Positions 26,001 through 33,800 of a stretch of 64,000 nt of DNA are shown here, piece after piece. Each line of letters opens with the position of its first letter. The first letter of the stretch is position 1. The stretch lies in the IMG/VR virus record IMGVR_UViG_3300022074_000004; one strand, given 5' to 3'. Made by a program: the position numbers and the translations under genes. Below the pieces are notes generated by a model, which worked only from the letters and a program-made list of their open reading frames with translations, had not been told where the DNA came from and did not search any database. This DNA comes from a virus.

Positions 26001-28260
26001 TGTAACCAGTGCTGGTACACAGGATACATCCGGTCGTGCTGCTGTCGCAACATCTGCCGATGCATGTTCAGGTAATTCTGCTTCTGCTACTGTTCTCGCA
26101 ACTGCAAGAACAATTGGAGGAGTAAGCTTCGATGGTTCAGCTTCAATTAACTTGCCAGGCGTAAACGTCCCTGGTAATCAGGATACTTCAGGCAATGCTG
26201 CTACAGCATCTGCTCTGGAGACACCAGTAACAATCGCTGGTGTTGCATTTGATGGTGCTTCCTCAATCAACCTGCCTGGTGTTAACGCTGTTGGTAATCA
26301 AGATACAACCGGTAACGCTGCTACAGCAACCGTTGCTGCTTCTACAAGTGGTAATGCTGCAACTGCAAGCAAGCTGGCATCTTCAGTTACCATTGGTGGT
26401 GTTGCATTTGATGGTTCTTCCTCAATCAACCTGCCTGGTGTTAATGCACTTGGTAGCCAAGATACAACTGGCAATGCAGCTACTGCAACAACTCTTGCAA
26501 CTGCTCGCAACATTGGTGGTGTTTCCTTTAACGGTTCTTCTTCCATCAACCTGCCTGGTGTAAATATCGCTGGTAACCAGAACACCTCTGGTAACGCCGC
26601 TACTGCAACCAAGCTTGCTGCCCCAGTAACAATTGCTGGTGTCGCATTTGATGGTTCTGCTGATATTGAACTGCCTGGTGTAACTGCAACAGGTAGCCAA
26701 GATACAACTGGTAATGCTGCTACAGCAACCGATGCAGCTCAACTTGGTGGTCAACTCCCTGCACACTATCTTGCATGGGGCAACCTCACTGGAGTTCCTG
26801 CTCTGGTTACAAGTCTTGGAAGTGCTACTTTGGCAACTTCAGATATCACTAACGATTCTGACTTCACCACAAGTGCTTCTGTTGACACAAAACTGAGCAC
26901 ACTTGGTGCATCTTCCTTCAGCATCCCAGGTGTTACTGCAACTGGTAATCAGAATACAACTGGTAATGCTTTGACAGCAACAACCGCTGCCACAGCAACC
27001 AATGCTCTCAGCCTTGGTGGTGCTCTTGCATCAACATTTGCTCCTAAGTCTTATGTTGATACAGCAATCTCCAACTTGGTTGGAACTGCCCCAGCCGCCC
27101 TCGATACACTCGAAGAGTTGGCTGCAGCCTTGGATAACGACTCTGACGTTATCACTGATATTCTGACTACAGTCGGAACAAAGGCACCTCTTGATTCACC
27201 AACATTTACTGGAATCGTTACTGCAACTGCATTCCATGGTAATGTAATTGGTGACATTCAGGGTGATCTGACTGGAACCTTCACAGGTCCTGTAACCGGC
27301 GATGTAACTGGTAACGTAATCGGTGATTTAACCGGTAACGTAACTGGTGATCTGGTTGGTGATGTAACTGGTTCTGTAACTGGCGATGTAATTGGTGCAT
27401 CTTCCGTTGCAACTGCAGACCTCTCTGCTTCAACTGCTACACTTGGACCAATTAGCGTTGGTTCTAACCTTGTTTATAACAAGCCAGGTGGTGGAACATC
27501 TAACCACGATGTTATTGTCGATGGCACAATGCGTGTTACCGGCCAGTTGGACATTGGTACTGCAACAATCTCTCTTGATCCAGTATCCGGTCAAATTGAT
27601 CTGGATGGTCTGATCATGGTAGAAGACAAAGCTACCGGAGAAGTTGAATTCAAGGGAAGAAATGGTCTCCGTAAGGGAATCAAGGGTGTTGCTAGAAAGA
27701 TCGGTGGTAGAGACTTTGATGGTACTTCCGACGTTAGCCTGCCTGGTGTTGACACCGTAGGTAACCAGGATACCACTGGTAATGCTGCTTCTGCATCTGG
27801 CATTAAGTTGAACAACAACTCTATTCTTGATGGCGACGATGTTGCTTCTAAGAATTATGTTGCTGCTGCAATCCTTAACAACACACCAGATCTGTCAACC
27901 GTTCTTTCTATTGACGGTTCAAACGCAATGACAGGTAATCTGTCAGGTACAACTGCTTCCTTCTCTGGAACAGTTAATGCACAACACTTCAATGCTACAT
28001 CTGATATTACGCTCAAGCAAGATATCAGCGTCATTGATAATGCGCTTGAAATGATCAATAACCTGAATGGTATTTCCTGGAACTGGAAGAATGATGGCAC
28101 AGCATCTATGGGTGTTTCTGCTCAAGATGTTGAAGCTGTTGCTCCAGAACTGGTTGGTCATGGCGAGTACAAGTCCGTTAACTATAACGGTCTCGTAGGT
28201 GTCCTGATCGAGGCAGTTAAGTCACTGTCTGCTGAAGTAAGAGAACTTAAGAGCAAGTGA
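17098..28260 (+). CDS. giant long tail fibre protein (3720 aa) with C-terminal peptidase S74 intramolecular chaperone
   Basis: RBS AAGGAG; many fibre repeats (L.TARTI.L.GD..GS..FDG, AGSYG....IP..TVDAKGR, VVRDASGDFAA, APAALDTLEEL); C-terminal SDITLK...G.SAQDVE...PELV...VNY.GLV.VLIEAVK. Confidence 0.92.
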   Translation: MAFNRELSQFANYLELDAAGQYIGISSTSDTNVGIGTATPESKLTVEGDALVSGMVTATGNFSGDLYGTADFAIDAHGLTTARTITLAGDINGSVAFDGTQDVVINTTIQPDSLVLGDDTEGNFVQDVVAGSSNIEVTGSGSEKAVVTVDLSDTTVSAGSYGSVSNIPTFTVDAKGRLTEVIEVPISTTLKVTADNNFTDEVNLIADTLDVEGGANVTTTVTDNKVTVDLDADIALTSIDLSGTLDVTGDTTLQTLDAQTSTLDSVSVTTTAAVGTDLTVGGNSVVDGTSQVKSDAQFDSNVAVAGNTTLTGTLDVTAKTTVGELDAQASTLNSLSVTTNAAVTGTLDVTGDTTVQTLSAQASTLDTAVVTKTADVGTNLTVGGTATVDGNLRTKSDATVDVDLSVGGDTTLTGALGVTGDTTLQTLTAQTTALDSLSVATDAVVTGDVSAARFITGAEGQSIIVEGTRITGPSTITLDPAGIGDETGTVFILGDLQVRGSQTIIDSTAVSVADLNIIVAKGAANDAAANGAGLTVESGADAANHKTFQYEAAPEKQNFASSENLNLASGKVYKIDNVEVLSATTLGGTVVNSSLTSVGTLVDLTVAGDVAFGSDLSVDGATTLTGLLTAGDTDLQRVDVTDDVTVGTTLTVAGATSLSTLGTSGLATLNSASVTTSLAVGGTSVMTGAVTMSDTLIVAANTTLSSDLEVGGDAAFNQAVDVTGATTLSTLATSGLATLAAAQINGIMAVSGASSLNGPVATGDTLDVTGAATLDSTLDVTGATTLTTLNATGAAVLDSTLRVKSAAQFDTTVDVTGDTTVGGITTLQSTLNVAGAASFDSTIIAGANVTAPTFTGDLIGNADTATAQETERKFSIGLDGSGDASAPQVAYDATADVDLTMTLRDVNAAPGTHGSATEIPIITTNAKGLVLDTTVTAVGTSLSVAADAGADETIEFLTEKLTISGADHLTTTTLNNEVSVSIDATPANTASTVVSRDANGDFAANAITAPNFHGLADRATKLETARAIDITGDGVAGAISFDGTADKTLNFVLNNVNPTTTGQFGDRAHVSQITVNAKGLITNVTNVAISTSISLGSDDAGAGVVDPLTQNLSVLGSDYIATQVSGTDFTISLKGTAANEADKAVVRDASGDFAARNITATGEFLGNATTATDAFGLTEFRKLELDGDVKGDILFDGTADVVINTTIQPNSIELATDTVGNYVATLADMGQSDIIVNASGTEDAAVTVGLTTTGVVAGSYGTKGNFPVIEVDDRGRVLSMGTTSVSTVLNMTADSGSDDVDLLDDVLNIEGGTNVTTTVSDNNIKVDLDPVVDVATSVTAPTFITTGEANAIAITSDTIAGPEVFYLDPNSDDGPTGKIVIKGDLEIRGTTNTVNSTEVEIGDHNIILNAAGTTDSQADGGGITIKGAVDKTFVFDALTSSFKSSENINTKVGKVYKIGGTEVLSATTLGAGVINSSLETVATINTGVWEATPINDLYIDTIDNANKVQISALDIDAGTEVGSPIADDDLMILDSGANGTNVSMKVDRMPVYTFSKVHGDILIDAAGLATVQPDSVALGTDTTGVFVKSISDSGNNDIVVVDGAAEDGNDVTLTLTETGVAPAIYGSTTEIPFFQVDSKGRIVSAGSTQVDTTLDVSSDIGSFTVDQQTAVLSIEGFDGELKGVASNGVVVLGLEPTGVTSTSYGSKSQVPVLDIDSKGRIMSATTTEISEKLTVTGDTGSSDVNLLTSSLAIEGDSTYIDSLSDSDTVSLSIRATSANTADMIVARDSNGDFSAQNITANLLSADVESVGISTFNEFRVNTKIYDSTGASGGEKQTIGIDVATGNLIWQDLTDILPATRTTDSRTATEGQTDFVFTYNPNYLDVFVNGVKLSTNEVTAADGFNVKVLEPLFEGDIVEFHSYATAGGGLGVVDALSDLSDVALAASAEGQVLAFNGTQYVNVSSVDLPGSVTAASIISDADITATAAVNAASAVISGNLSAGSLTLSGDAAVTGNIVPSADNVYDLGSPTAMWKDVYIGPGSLYVNGQKIVEADGADNIILSASDDQNLVLKPTGTGDIELAPGGSGAVQLKAPLQIAANTNILSQDGEAVVFATGVAASTVSGKDGDLTLSGKAGTTGIVRTSGDLAVAGDLTATSVTADIDASNLSGTVASARLGSGTADASTFLRGDGQWAVVDSTSLTVSGVAVVQASAFGLNIDGDTVADTIKTSTGGLEMTDATISGTGDIIVDPNGDNSVSGALRIKGDLVVDGNTTTVNTNEVSIADSEIHVASGAATDILTHGAGIKFGNNKTIAYNYDSKSLKSSEHVELASGKTFMIDGSEVLTASTVLGKSMPTGVVVGASDAQTLTSKTIDASANTISNIANSSLVNSTVSFGGVELALGATDATPAFNLADATNLPTTSLSGTITNAQLAGSISNDKLANNTISGHALGSALSTLTMSTGAYLTGAATYTGATGASFAISLEASSDATADKVVVRDASGDFAAGMITANLTGDVTGNADTATLADDAINAANVQVDSSADADAVHYMMMTSSASGNVRAKSDAGITYNPSTNTLTAGAFVGPMTGDVTGNADTATLAADSTLFAGEVKAYYATASALSDLETTVGLVTFSGAYGDLTGVPTNVSQFANDSAYLVSTDTIDNASEAATVSVAADNVSNTERLVTFVDAATGFQDLNTDVELTYNPGLDRLSATTFKGALEGNAATASKLASPVTIAGVAFDGSADIELPGVTAAGSQDTTGNAATASALAHTVTIGGLSTDLASGTSLDLPGVTSAGNQNTSGNAATATVSLTVSDAAQPAITSVGTLTGLTVSGDAEVGSNLTVVGDLTVQGNTTTISSSNLEVVDANITVAKGAADATSADGAGLTVDGAGATFTYASINDTWVANKPIAANITGDLTGNADTASSSDACIGNSATATALDHTVSIGGLTTDLAPGASLDLPGVTSAGTQDTSGRAAVATSADACSGNSASATVLATARTIGGVSFDGSASINLPGVNVPGNQDTSGNAATASALETPVTIAGVAFDGASSINLPGVNAVGNQDTTGNAATATVAASTSGNAATASKLASSVTIGGVAFDGSSSINLPGVNALGSQDTTGNAATATTLATARNIGGVSFNGSSSINLPGVNIAGNQNTSGNAATATKLAAPVTIAGVAFDGSADIELPGVTATGSQDTTGNAATATDAAQLGGQLPAHYLAWGNLTGVPALVTSLGSATLATSDITNDSDFTTSASVDTKLSTLGASSFSIPGVTATGNQNTTGNALTATTAATATNALSLGGALASTFAPKSYVDTAISNLVGTAPAALDTLEELAAALDNDSDVITDILTTVGTKAPLDSPTFTGIVTATAFHGNVIGDIQGDLTGTFTGPVTGDVTGNVIGDLTGNVTGDLVGDVTGSVTGDVIGASSVATADLSASTATLGPISVGSNLVYNKPGGGTSNHDVIVDGTMRVTGQLDIGTATISLDPVSGQIDLDGLIMVEDKATGEVEFKGRNGLRKGIKGVARKIGGRDFDGTSDVSLPGVDTVGNQDTTGNAASASGIKLNNNSILDGDDVASKNYVAAAILNNTPDLSTVLSIDGSNAMTGNLSGTTASFSGTVNAQHFNATSDITLKQDISVIDNALEMINNLNGISWNWKNDGTASMGVSAQDVEAVAPELVGHGEYKSVNYNGLVGVLIEAVKSLSAEVRELKSK
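25267..26730 (+). repeat. 120-bp (40-aa) degenerate repeat array GNAATA.KLA...TI.GV.FDGS..I.LPGV...G.QDTT
   Basis: Units start at 25267, 25387, 26071, 26191, 26350, 26470 and 26590; further partial copies near 25906, 26920 and 27690. Confidence 0.9.
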
Positions 28261-28288
28261 TTCTTGAGTTAAATATCTCATAATTTTG

Positions 28289-28314
28289 GAGGGTCTTCGG
28301 ACCCTCTTTTTTTT
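28289..28314 (+). terminator. rho-independent terminator with cUUCGg tetraloop
   Basis: GAGGGTC-TTCG-GACCCTC followed by T8. Confidence 0.95.
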
Positions 28315-28355
28315 ATGTTTTTTTGTCAAAAATCCATCTCAGAGTGTCAATTTTC

Positions 28356-28362
28356 ATAAATA
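28356..28362 (+). promoter_or_regulatory. late promoter box ATAAATA
   Basis: Between the terminator and ATG 28399. Confidence 0.65.
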
Positions 28363-28398
28363 AAAAAGTAATGCCCTTCCGAAAAAAAGAGAAGTCAC

Positions 28399-30708
28399 AT
28401 GTCTATTAAAATAAAAGGTAATCAAATAATTGATGCGTTAGAAAATATAAGTGTAGCAGGTAGTGTAACTGCAGCGACTTTAAGTGCAAATACGATTAGT
28501 GCAACTTCTGTTAATGCAAATGCAAGCACGGCAAGTTTAGCTGCAGATGCCACTAAGCTGAACGGACAGTATGCTGCATATTATCTTGACTATGACAATC
28601 TTGCTAACACCCCAGCAATCCCTTCGACAGTTGCTTCATTGAGCGATTCTGGTGATTATGCAACTACAGCTTATGTGACAAATCTTGTCTCTACTAGTGT
28701 TGGTGGTATCCAAGGATTTTCTGGCAATTACTTAGATCTGACAAATAAGCCATCAATTCCTTCATCCGTTGCTGAATTAAGTGATGCCTCTAGTTATGCT
28801 ACAGTCGCTGCTTTAAATACTGCAATTGCTACAAATGCATCAAGTCATTTCTCTGGATCATATAATGATCTCTCAAATAAGCCAACAATCCCATCAACTG
28901 TTTCTGAATTAACTGATTCTGCTGCATTTGCGACAGTTTCATACGTAGATACTGAGATTTCAGATTTAGTTAACGGTGCAGATGCTGCTCTTGATACCCT
29001 TAAGGAACTTGGAGATGCACTTACATCTCAGGGAAATGCTGCAGCAACACTCACAACTCTTGTTGGTACTAAGTTAGATGCCACCGCATACAACGCATCT
29101 GATGTTCTGTCAAAACTCAAGACCGTTGATGGTGCTGGATCTGGACTTGACGCAGATGTGCTCGATGGTCAAAGTGGTGCTTATTACCTCGACTATGCCA
29201 ACTTTACTAGCACACCAGTCATCCCTTCAACAGTTGCAGAACTTTCTGACAATACAAGTTATGCTTTAAAAACTTATGTTACTGCTGCTATCAATGCTCA
29301 AACGCTGTTCTCAGGAGCATATGCAGACTTAACTGGAAAGCCATCTATCCCCTCTAAGGTATCTGATCTTACAAATGACACTGGTTTCCTTGTTTCTTCT
29401 GATACAATTTCCAATGCAACTAATGCAACTAATGCAACTAATGCTACCAATGCAACTAATGCAACAACAGCAGCGAATGCAAATAAGTTGAATGGACAAT
29501 TCGCATCATACTATAATGATTATGATAACCTTACTAGCGTTCCAACAAATGTAGCGGCTCTTGCAGCAGGTACTCTTCAAACATCAATTCTTGTAAACAA
29601 TTCTGACTTTGCAACTAATGCATCTGTCACTGCAGCTATTGACAACCTGATTGGCACAGCTCCTGCAGTAATGGATACTCTTGGAGAAATTGCTAGTGCA
29701 TTGAATAGTGATTCTTCATTCGCATCAACAATGGCAACTCAGCTTGCTACCAAGATGCCAAAGGCTGGCGGCGCATTTACTGGTGCTGTTACATCATCAT
29801 CTTCAATCAGTGCTACTGGTGGATTTGTTGGTGATATCGAAGGCGATGTAACTGGTAATGTTACTGGTCAAATCACTGCTGGAGCAGATAACACACTTGG
29901 TGCTCTGACAACTGGTGCTCTTGCTGGTACAGAAGATGTAAGAGTTGATGGTACAATGCGTGTCACCGGACAACTTCACGTCGGTAATGCAACCATTACT
30001 CTTGATCCAGAAACAGATTCATTGGATCTTAATGGTATTAAACTTGAGAAAGATACAAATGGAGATATTTCATTCAAGGATAGACAAGGTAATCTGAAGA
30101 AGGCTAAGTTCGCTGAGTTGGAAGTTGGTGGTAGACCACTGTCAAGACAGCACCCAACAAAGGCAGGTAAGAACTTTACAGAAACTGATGTTCAAGGTGA
30201 TGTTGAAGGAGATCTGACCGGTAACGTTACGGCAACAACTGGTACTTCTGCATTTAATGAGATTACTGGTGCAAAAGCAACTGTTACTGAACTTGGCGTA
30301 ACTGGTGGTGCTTCATTCCAGAGTTTACTTAAGGAAGAAATTGAAGTTAAAGAAGCTGCACTTGCTTCTTCAGATATCAATCTTGAAGATGGTATGATGC
30401 ATATGTTTACAACACAAAATTCATCTGCTGGAACACTTAACTTCAGATATAACGCATCAACAACTCTTGATTCTAGAATGTCTGCTGGTGAGACCTGTGC
30501 GGTAACCATTGTTTCTTCTACAGGAGCATCCGGTTTCGTTAGTGCTGTTAATATCGATGGTGCTGCTGCTACAGTTAACTGGTCTGGCGCTGAAGCTCCT
30601 GAGGAAGGCGGAGAAACTGGGTTCGATGTAATTACAATGCAACTTATCAAAACAGCTGATGGATGGACAGTTCTTGCTGCTGTTAACAATTTTGCACCTG
30701 CTGCATAA
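28399..30708 (+). CDS. tail fibre protein (769 aa), paralogous to the distal part of the 3720-aa fibre
   Basis: MSIKIKGNQIID N-terminus; FSG.Y.DL.NKP.IPS repeats; A.AALDTLKEL; DGAGSGLDADVLDG; C-terminal LNFR...IDG....V.W.G..AP..G..G.DV.T...IKT domain. Confidence 0.88.
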   Translation: MSIKIKGNQIIDALENISVAGSVTAATLSANTISATSVNANASTASLAADATKLNGQYAAYYLDYDNLANTPAIPSTVASLSDSGDYATTAYVTNLVSTSVGGIQGFSGNYLDLTNKPSIPSSVAELSDASSYATVAALNTAIATNASSHFSGSYNDLSNKPTIPSTVSELTDSAAFATVSYVDTEISDLVNGADAALDTLKELGDALTSQGNAAATLTTLVGTKLDATAYNASDVLSKLKTVDGAGSGLDADVLDGQSGAYYLDYANFTSTPVIPSTVAELSDNTSYALKTYVTAAINAQTLFSGAYADLTGKPSIPSKVSDLTNDTGFLVSSDTISNATNATNATNATNATNATTAANANKLNGQFASYYNDYDNLTSVPTNVAALAAGTLQTSILVNNSDFATNASVTAAIDNLIGTAPAVMDTLGEIASALNSDSSFASTMATQLATKMPKAGGAFTGAVTSSSSISATGGFVGDIEGDVTGNVTGQITAGADNTLGALTTGALAGTEDVRVDGTMRVTGQLHVGNATITLDPETDSLDLNGIKLEKDTNGDISFKDRQGNLKKAKFAELEVGGRPLSRQHPTKAGKNFTETDVQGDVEGDLTGNVTATTGTSAFNEITGAKATVTELGVTGGASFQSLLKEEIEVKEAALASSDINLEDGMMHMFTTQNSSAGTLNFRYNASTTLDSRMSAGETCAVTIVSSTGASGFVSAVNIDGAAATVNWSGAEAPEEGGETGFDVITMQLIKTADGWTVLAAVNNFAPAA
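29413..29466 (+). repeat. 9-bp tandem repeat (AATGCAACT)x6 encoding (NAT)6
   Basis: Seen directly; two units carry synonymous changes. Confidence 0.92.
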
Positions 30709-30724
30709 TTTGTATTTTAATAAC

Positions 30725-30753
30725 GGAGGTGTATGAACACCTCCTTATATTTT
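30725..30753 (+). terminator. probable intrinsic terminator
   Basis: GGAGGTGT-ATGA-ACACCTCC followed by TTATATTTT. Confidence 0.8.
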
Positions 30754-30755
30754 AT

Positions 30756-30769
30756 TATAAATATAAATA
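30756..30769 (+). promoter_or_regulatory. two overlapping exact late promoters TATAAATA (30756-30763 and 30762-30769)
   Basis: TATAAATATAAATA before ATG 30809. Confidence 0.8.
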
Positions 30770-30808
30770 TTTCTACACGTAATCTAACCAATATTAGGAT
30801 AAAAAGAC

Positions 30809-33800
30809 ATGTCATTACAAGGAATAACTGGTCTTGGAGGAGGAGTATCAAAATCTACTATTCAAGGCGGTGGAACAGAAGAAATCGGACCAATAGCAGT
30901 CAATGGATATTATCCATTGTATGTAACTGAAGACGGTGCTGCTGCTGCAGGTAATGGAACTTTTGAAGAAAAGACCATCAATGGGGAAACATATTATTCA
31001 CCACAAGATGGTTTATTTAAATGGGAAGGTGATTATACCCTTGAATCAGATACTCCTACAGAGATCAATGGATTCTATCCCGTATATAAGAGCTATCTGA
31101 AAGCATATGACATCTCCACTACAGATGCACCATATGTAACAGAAGAAAGTGGTGATGGTGGTTCTTCCGGACCCACATATGCAACCTATACAGCAAATGC
31201 AGCTGTTACAACCAATGATCCTAGCAGGACTGAAGGAGTTCCTAGTAATGCATTTGATGGCGATCTAGAGACTTCTATTAGATTTAGAGGAAAAGCTGGT
31301 GATAGTGCTACTAATCGCCTCTCCTTTACTCCAATTAAAGCTAAGTATTCCATCAAATTCTACGCTATTCTTTATCATCATTACAATTTTATGCTGAATG
31401 TGGATACCAATTCACCATTATCATCTGTGGGTGGTCGATCTACTGGTCACCAGTTCCAATGGGTTGATGTTAGTCCTTGGTTATCATTTCCAGTTACATT
31501 AAGTTCAGCTGGAAACTTAGTTGATAACAGTGGCATGCCAATAGATATCGCTGCCATTGAAATTGATGGAGTTGTTGTTACTGATGGAATTCAAATAGAT
31601 GATGATGGTTTTATCGTACCTCCTGCGCCACCAGCTGGTGCTGAATGGGCTCCATCAGATGAATTTGTTGCAACTATTGAAAGTGATGGAGATAGATATT
31701 ACTTCCCAAGAAAATTTCTTGGACAAAGTTGGGATGGTGATTTTGGTAGTCAACATGTAGAAAGTCTTCGTGCCTCAGAGCAAGCAATTTATTCTAGTGA
31801 TAGACACTTTGGTTGGGAAGGAATTGCCATTGGCGAAAATAATAGTGGTACAATTTATGCAATTGGCGCTCCTACTGCACTTGACAGAGATGGCAATGAA
31901 GTGGGTGTTGATATGGAGACCGCAGATACCACTAATTATTCTACTTATGGATCGCATCCAAATCCTTATCGTACTGCCAATGATTTGACTGGTGTTGAAT
32001 ATGATGATATGCTTCCAAGAGATTATTCTGGTACGGTTCATCTTTATGATGAGAATCAGAATCTCCTGCACTCTTTTGTCGATCCAGATAGAGATGCTGC
32101 TAGAACAGTTGCACATGGTGAAGCCGTTAATTTTGGTGCTGCTGTCGCAATCGGAGAAGGTATAATTGCGATTTCTTCGACAAAACAAGATAGATCTAAA
32201 ATCAAGGATGCCTCTCTGTATAGTATTCCTATCACAACAGATACTGAAGATAAAGCATTTGGCGTAGTCCATGTTTTTGATAGCAATACTTATCAGCACT
32301 TGTATTCTTTGGTGGATAAGTTTACCGAAGGTGATAACCAGTCTTATGTTGATGAAGCTGCACAGAAAAATTATACTTCTCCACATACAGATTTCCATGC
32401 TGGATCTTACGGTAGTGGAATAGCTATCGGTAATGGAAGACTTATAATTGGTGACTGTAATGCACAGGTTCATCCTAACGCAAATTATGATTGGAATCCA
32501 AGTAATCAAGGAGATCTTGGACATAGAGGAATCAACCGTGGTGCTATTCACATCTATGATCTGACAAAGAGTACTCCTGCAGAAATTCAAGATAGTGAAG
32601 TTACTATCGTAAGACCTGCACATACTGAATATCAACCAACTTTTGGTGTTGATCGTTCAATGAAGGTTATTGACGGTAAACTCATTGTTGGTGACTATGC
32701 ATATGGTTCAATGTATTGGAGTTACTCAAATTACCAACCAACTAGTTACAGAACTGGGGGTATATATGAAGGTGATTCTAAGATATTCTTCTACGATTTA
32801 ACAACTGGAGAACTTATAAGAACCATCAGACCATATGATATTGAGGAAGAGTACCTTCAGGAAGGTTACGTTAACTGGACAATAAGCTGGCCTACTTCTT
32901 ATTACCCTTACATAAGAGCGGGTAAAGAGATTATTTCATGTGGAGAATATATTGGTATCTACGCAGATCAAGCTTTTGACCGTGGTGCAAATGTTGGATC
33001 TAATTCTGGTGGTGTTGGCCCTTGGATGTCGAGGCGTCGTATGGGTGCTGTTTACTTATATGATACAGAGGGAAATTATGTAAGAACCATTAGAAGACAG
33101 TGGAGATTCTCTAATAATGATTCTGCCTATGAGGATGAGTATGCTACTAACCCAAGTGGTTTTGCAGAATATGATTATACAGATATAGACCACGGCGAGA
33201 CAATTTATAAAAACGCTCAGGGTGGTGCAATGGACCAAGCATTTGCTTCTACATCAGTTGCATGTTTCGGTAATACACTCTACTTTGGATGTCCATATTT
33301 CCCAGCAATGAAGCAGGGGCACAATTATAATGCAAGCACAAAATCGAGCTGGAGCGTATGGTCAGTAGGTGCTGTTGAAATGTATGATCTTGATACATCT
33401 TTGGAAACTGGTGTTCTGTATGCAAATGTTCCAGAACAAAAAACACAGTATGGAATGACTGTTACTGTTGGAAATGGAAAACTGCTTGTTACAACTAGAG
33501 ATCCAAGTGAACAAAGATATAGTGCAAATAGCACTGGTTTCTTAAATATAAGTTCACTTGGTGCAAGTGTCTTTGCATATGACATTGACAATGATGCTAC
33601 TTCTGAAACTGGTCCATTTGCAGTAAATGGATATTATCCTTTATATAACACCAAGAAATATGCTTCTGCAGCTTCTACTACTAATAAGTGTGCAGAAATA
33701 ACCCTTGGTGGTGTTGTTTATTATAGACCTCACTCTGATGGAATAAATGTAGCTCCTGCATTAGCAAGTGGTCAAGGATGGTTGGGTAGAAATGCTAGCC

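Noticed and set aside
25267-26730. CRISPR-like array
   Set aside because: Units are degenerate, in-frame protein repeats with third-position variation and no unique spacers; no cas genes
17357-28161. Numerous minus-strand and alternate-frame ORFs inside the 3720-aa gene (and in the other giants)
   Set aside because: Shadow ORFs caused by biased codons and repeats; no RBS, promoter or recognisable motifs
30733-30930. 65-aa ORF in the track
   Set aside because: Starts within the terminator loop, spans the late promoter and overlaps the 6098-aa gene out of frame
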